Shown one piece after another: positions 61,571 through 64,000 of a stretch of DNA of 64,000 bases. Within the stretch, counting starts at the first letter, position 1. Every line of letters begins with the position of its first letter. The position numbers were made by a program, and so were the translations under genes. The notes beneath the pieces are model-generated. The model saw nothing but the letters and a program-made list of their open reading frames with translations. It was not told the DNA's origin and made no database searches. The stretch comes from Selaginella moellendorffii (taxonomy: Eukaryota > Plantae > Lycopodiophyta), in NCBI RefSeq assembly GCF_000143415.4, contig NW_003314364.1, forward strand, positions 363,327-427,326, in the 5' to 3' direction.

Positions 61571-62200
61571 GCTAGGTAGTTTTTGAGCTCAAGTCAATAG
61601 AAGTTAATATAGTCTACCAAATGCAAAAGTTGATGTTCAAATGATTGGTTCAGGATAAACTAACAATTCCATTAAAAACTTAAGATATATTTTTATTCCA
61701 AGAAGAAGAAAAAAATATAAGTCCAATAAAAAAATAAATATCATGAGTCAAAGAAGAAATTGTATAGTACAGCTAAAAAATGCAACTAGAATAATAAAAA
61801 CTAAACTTAGTCTTTCTCAGCATCCATATCTATAAAAGGAGGAGTTCATATAGTTTAATTCTCTCTGACTAATTTATCAATATATAATAATTAGTCATAA
61901 AGGATAAATACTAAATTTTTAGACTCTATTTTAAGAATGGTATTTTGATTATGTGTCATGAGTCCATATGGGGATATAGCTCGAAATTCTGGCCAACTTT
62001 TGTAACATGGGAATACTCAACACTAGAATTGATCAATTGAGTATGTGTTGTTGTATGTAAGCTTATGCCTTTGCTTTTGCATAGCATGGCAAATTATAGC
62101 CTATATCATTGATCCACCTAATATACACAACTATGATGGAATTACTATAATAAGAAATTTAGACTTTATTATCACTTGTTGTGAAATGTCCCATGAACAC

Positions 62201-62347
62201 CTTGAAATGCACTTTCCTTCTCCAATGCAAAAACTGCATAGCCAATCTCTTTAGCCGCTAGCACCATCGAACCAAAATTTGCTGTAGCATCAAACACAAT
62301 TCCCTTAGGAGGAAAAATAGCTTTAGGAGGATTTGCATGTCCTTCTG
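62201..62347 (-). pseudogene. Possible fragment of an N4/N6 DNA amino-methyltransferase (SAM-binding motif I region)
   Basis: With one frameshift reads KDMQILLKLF-PPKGIVFDATANFGSMVLAAKEIGYAVFALEKE, resembling the LI..S..G.IVLDPF.GSG.T..AA..LG...IGIE pattern. Confidence 0.45.
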
Positions 62348-62349
62348 TG

Positions 62350-63120
62350 AATGGTGTCAATAACTCGTTCGAAGGAATCCCTCACTAAATTCCAAATGTT
62401 AGGTCTTTCTATTGTGAATGCCTCCACTACGGGTAACTTTGCATGATACTCGGCCACGCTGAATTCTATAAGACCTTTAATAGCTCGCCTATTGATGACT
62501 TCCCATGGACTCACCCTGATACTCAAGTGTGGTGAGTTCTTATAGCACATTTCCGCAAGTCCCAAATGGCTTACCCAATCAGTCTAATTTCCAGAAACAT
62601 AATATCGCAAATAATCCTCCAACTGCCTATTCACCCTTTCCGTTTGTCCGTTTGTCAAGAAGTGTTAGTGCCATCAAACTTGACTTAATACCCAATATCT
62701 ATTTGTGGGTGATAGGCTGTGTTGAATTTCAACTTAGTATGATACTGTTTTAGGAGAGTTCTCGGGCGATCTAGAATTGGGATGCTTTGTAACAAGCCCC
62801 CATTAGCCTTAATCATGACTTTGACCTGCTGACAGGTTGGACATGTCTTTACATAGTCTTGGACATCCTTATCCATATCTGGCCAGTGATACTTCCTTTT
62901 GAGTAAGCCCATTGTCTTGGGCACTTTGCCCTGTCTTGCAAGAGGTTCATCATGACACTCTTTTAAGGTTACCTTCCTTAGTTCTCCTTCTAGAACATAT
63001 ACCCTTGTTTGTTTATAATAGATGAGTCCATTGCATTTCGCATAGCTTGTTTTCTCTTTTGTTGGCAACTCATCTCTCTAGTGAGCTTCCCACACTCTTC
63101 GTTCCTCAGAAACACTTCTT
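62350..63120 (-). mobile_element. Ty3/gypsy integrase fragment (same family as 58.5-60.8 kb)
   Basis: ECHDEP...YHWPDMDKDVQDYVKTCPTCQQVK; TAYHPQ-[47 nt]-DGQTERVNRQLEDYLR. Confidence 0.85.
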
Positions 63121-63660
63121 TGTGAGACACAAATCCCTAAGCCCCAAAGTGGAGCCAAAAGGGCACAACATGGTGGTGGTTGAAGCGAAAGCCAAACGAG
63201 CATAACACGTTTGGACTAAAAGCTCAAACTTGAAAGGTCGAGAGCGGGAGTGGAACTCCTAATAAAGTGTTCGAGGAATAAACACAAAATAAACAATAGG
63301 TGAGTCTCTAGAAAAGGGACACAAGAGGACCAACACATGACACATGAAAGAGTCCGAGATGGACACAAAATGGAGTCCAAGATGGACCCGAGATGGAGTT
63401 TGAGATGGAGTCCGAAATAAACCTGAGATGGAGTCTAAGATGGAGTCCGAGATGGACTTGAGATGGAGTCCAAGATGGACCCGAGATGGAGTCTGAGATG
63501 GAGTCCGAGATGGACCCGAGATGGAGTCTAAGATGGAGTTCGAGATGGACCCGAGATGGAGTCTGAGATGGAACTGGGACCGAGTTCAAGATCGAGACCA
63601 AGACCGAGTCCAAGTTTGAGTCCGAGACCGAGACCGAGCCCAAAGCATTCATCCCCTGGG
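63121..63660 (+). mobile_element. Family A LTR, 5' part with shorter tandem array
   Basis: TGTGAGACACAAATCC start and GAGATGGAGTCC units; sequence degrades after the poly-G at ~63657. Confidence 0.88.
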
Positions 63661-64000
63661 GGGGGGGGGGGGGGGGGGGGGGCCTAAAAGTTTCCCAAAA
63701 TTTATTAGGGGGAGGGGGGGGGTTAAAACCCAATGGAACTTTTTTGGCCCCAAAAAGCTAAACCCCAGGGTGGGGGGGAAAACTGCCCCTTTGGAAACCC
63801 CAGACTTGGGGGGATCCCAATCCCCCCCCCAGGGAATTTGGGGAAATGTTCAAAAACCCCCTTTTTTTCCCCCGGGGAAACAAAAGGTTGAAGCCCCCCA
63901 ACCAAGGGGGGGGGGGCCCCCCCACTTAAAAACCGGGGGGGGCCCAAAAAAACCCCCTTTTAAATCCCGGGGTAGGGCCCCCAAAGGGGGGGGGGGGAAA

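Noticed and set aside
63657-64000. G/C/A homopolymer-rich tail as a G-quadruplex or novel element
   Set aside because: It is a distorted version of the LTR A sequence following a poly-G run, typical of degraded read ends.

Overview
Eukaryotic land-plant DNA. The very short introns, tiny intergenic spacers and GC3-rich exons suggest a compact lycophyte genome such as Selaginella (inference). A ~20 kb island of eight housekeeping genes (SEC6, SEC15, KRTCAP2, ATAD1/Msp1-like AAA ATPase, AIP1, phosphoribulokinase, sorbitol dehydrogenase, beta-adaptin; 4.6-24.8 kb) and an ARID/ELM2 gene (52.7-53.9 kb) sit among nested retroelements. These include a near-intact 4.9 kb Ty3/gypsy element with LTRs, PBS, PPT and TSD, a deleted sister copy, two TRIM-like miniatures, solo LTRs, a 1.8 kb satellite-bearing LTR family, decayed chromoviruses and two L1-type LINEs. 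Most notable observations: (1) a conserved 47-nt intron-like insert splitting the integrase HPQT/DGQTE motif in three copies of one gypsy family; (2) a tandem duplication of the head-to-head exocyst pair SEC6/SEC15 followed by reciprocal deletion-driven loss; (3) a head-to-head TRIM+gypsy chimera bounded by one 5-bp TSD; (4) a fragment resembling a bacterial-type N4/N6 DNA methyltransferase. The last ~340 bp look like low-quality read tail. All calls are by eye and from memory of the families; no searches were run.
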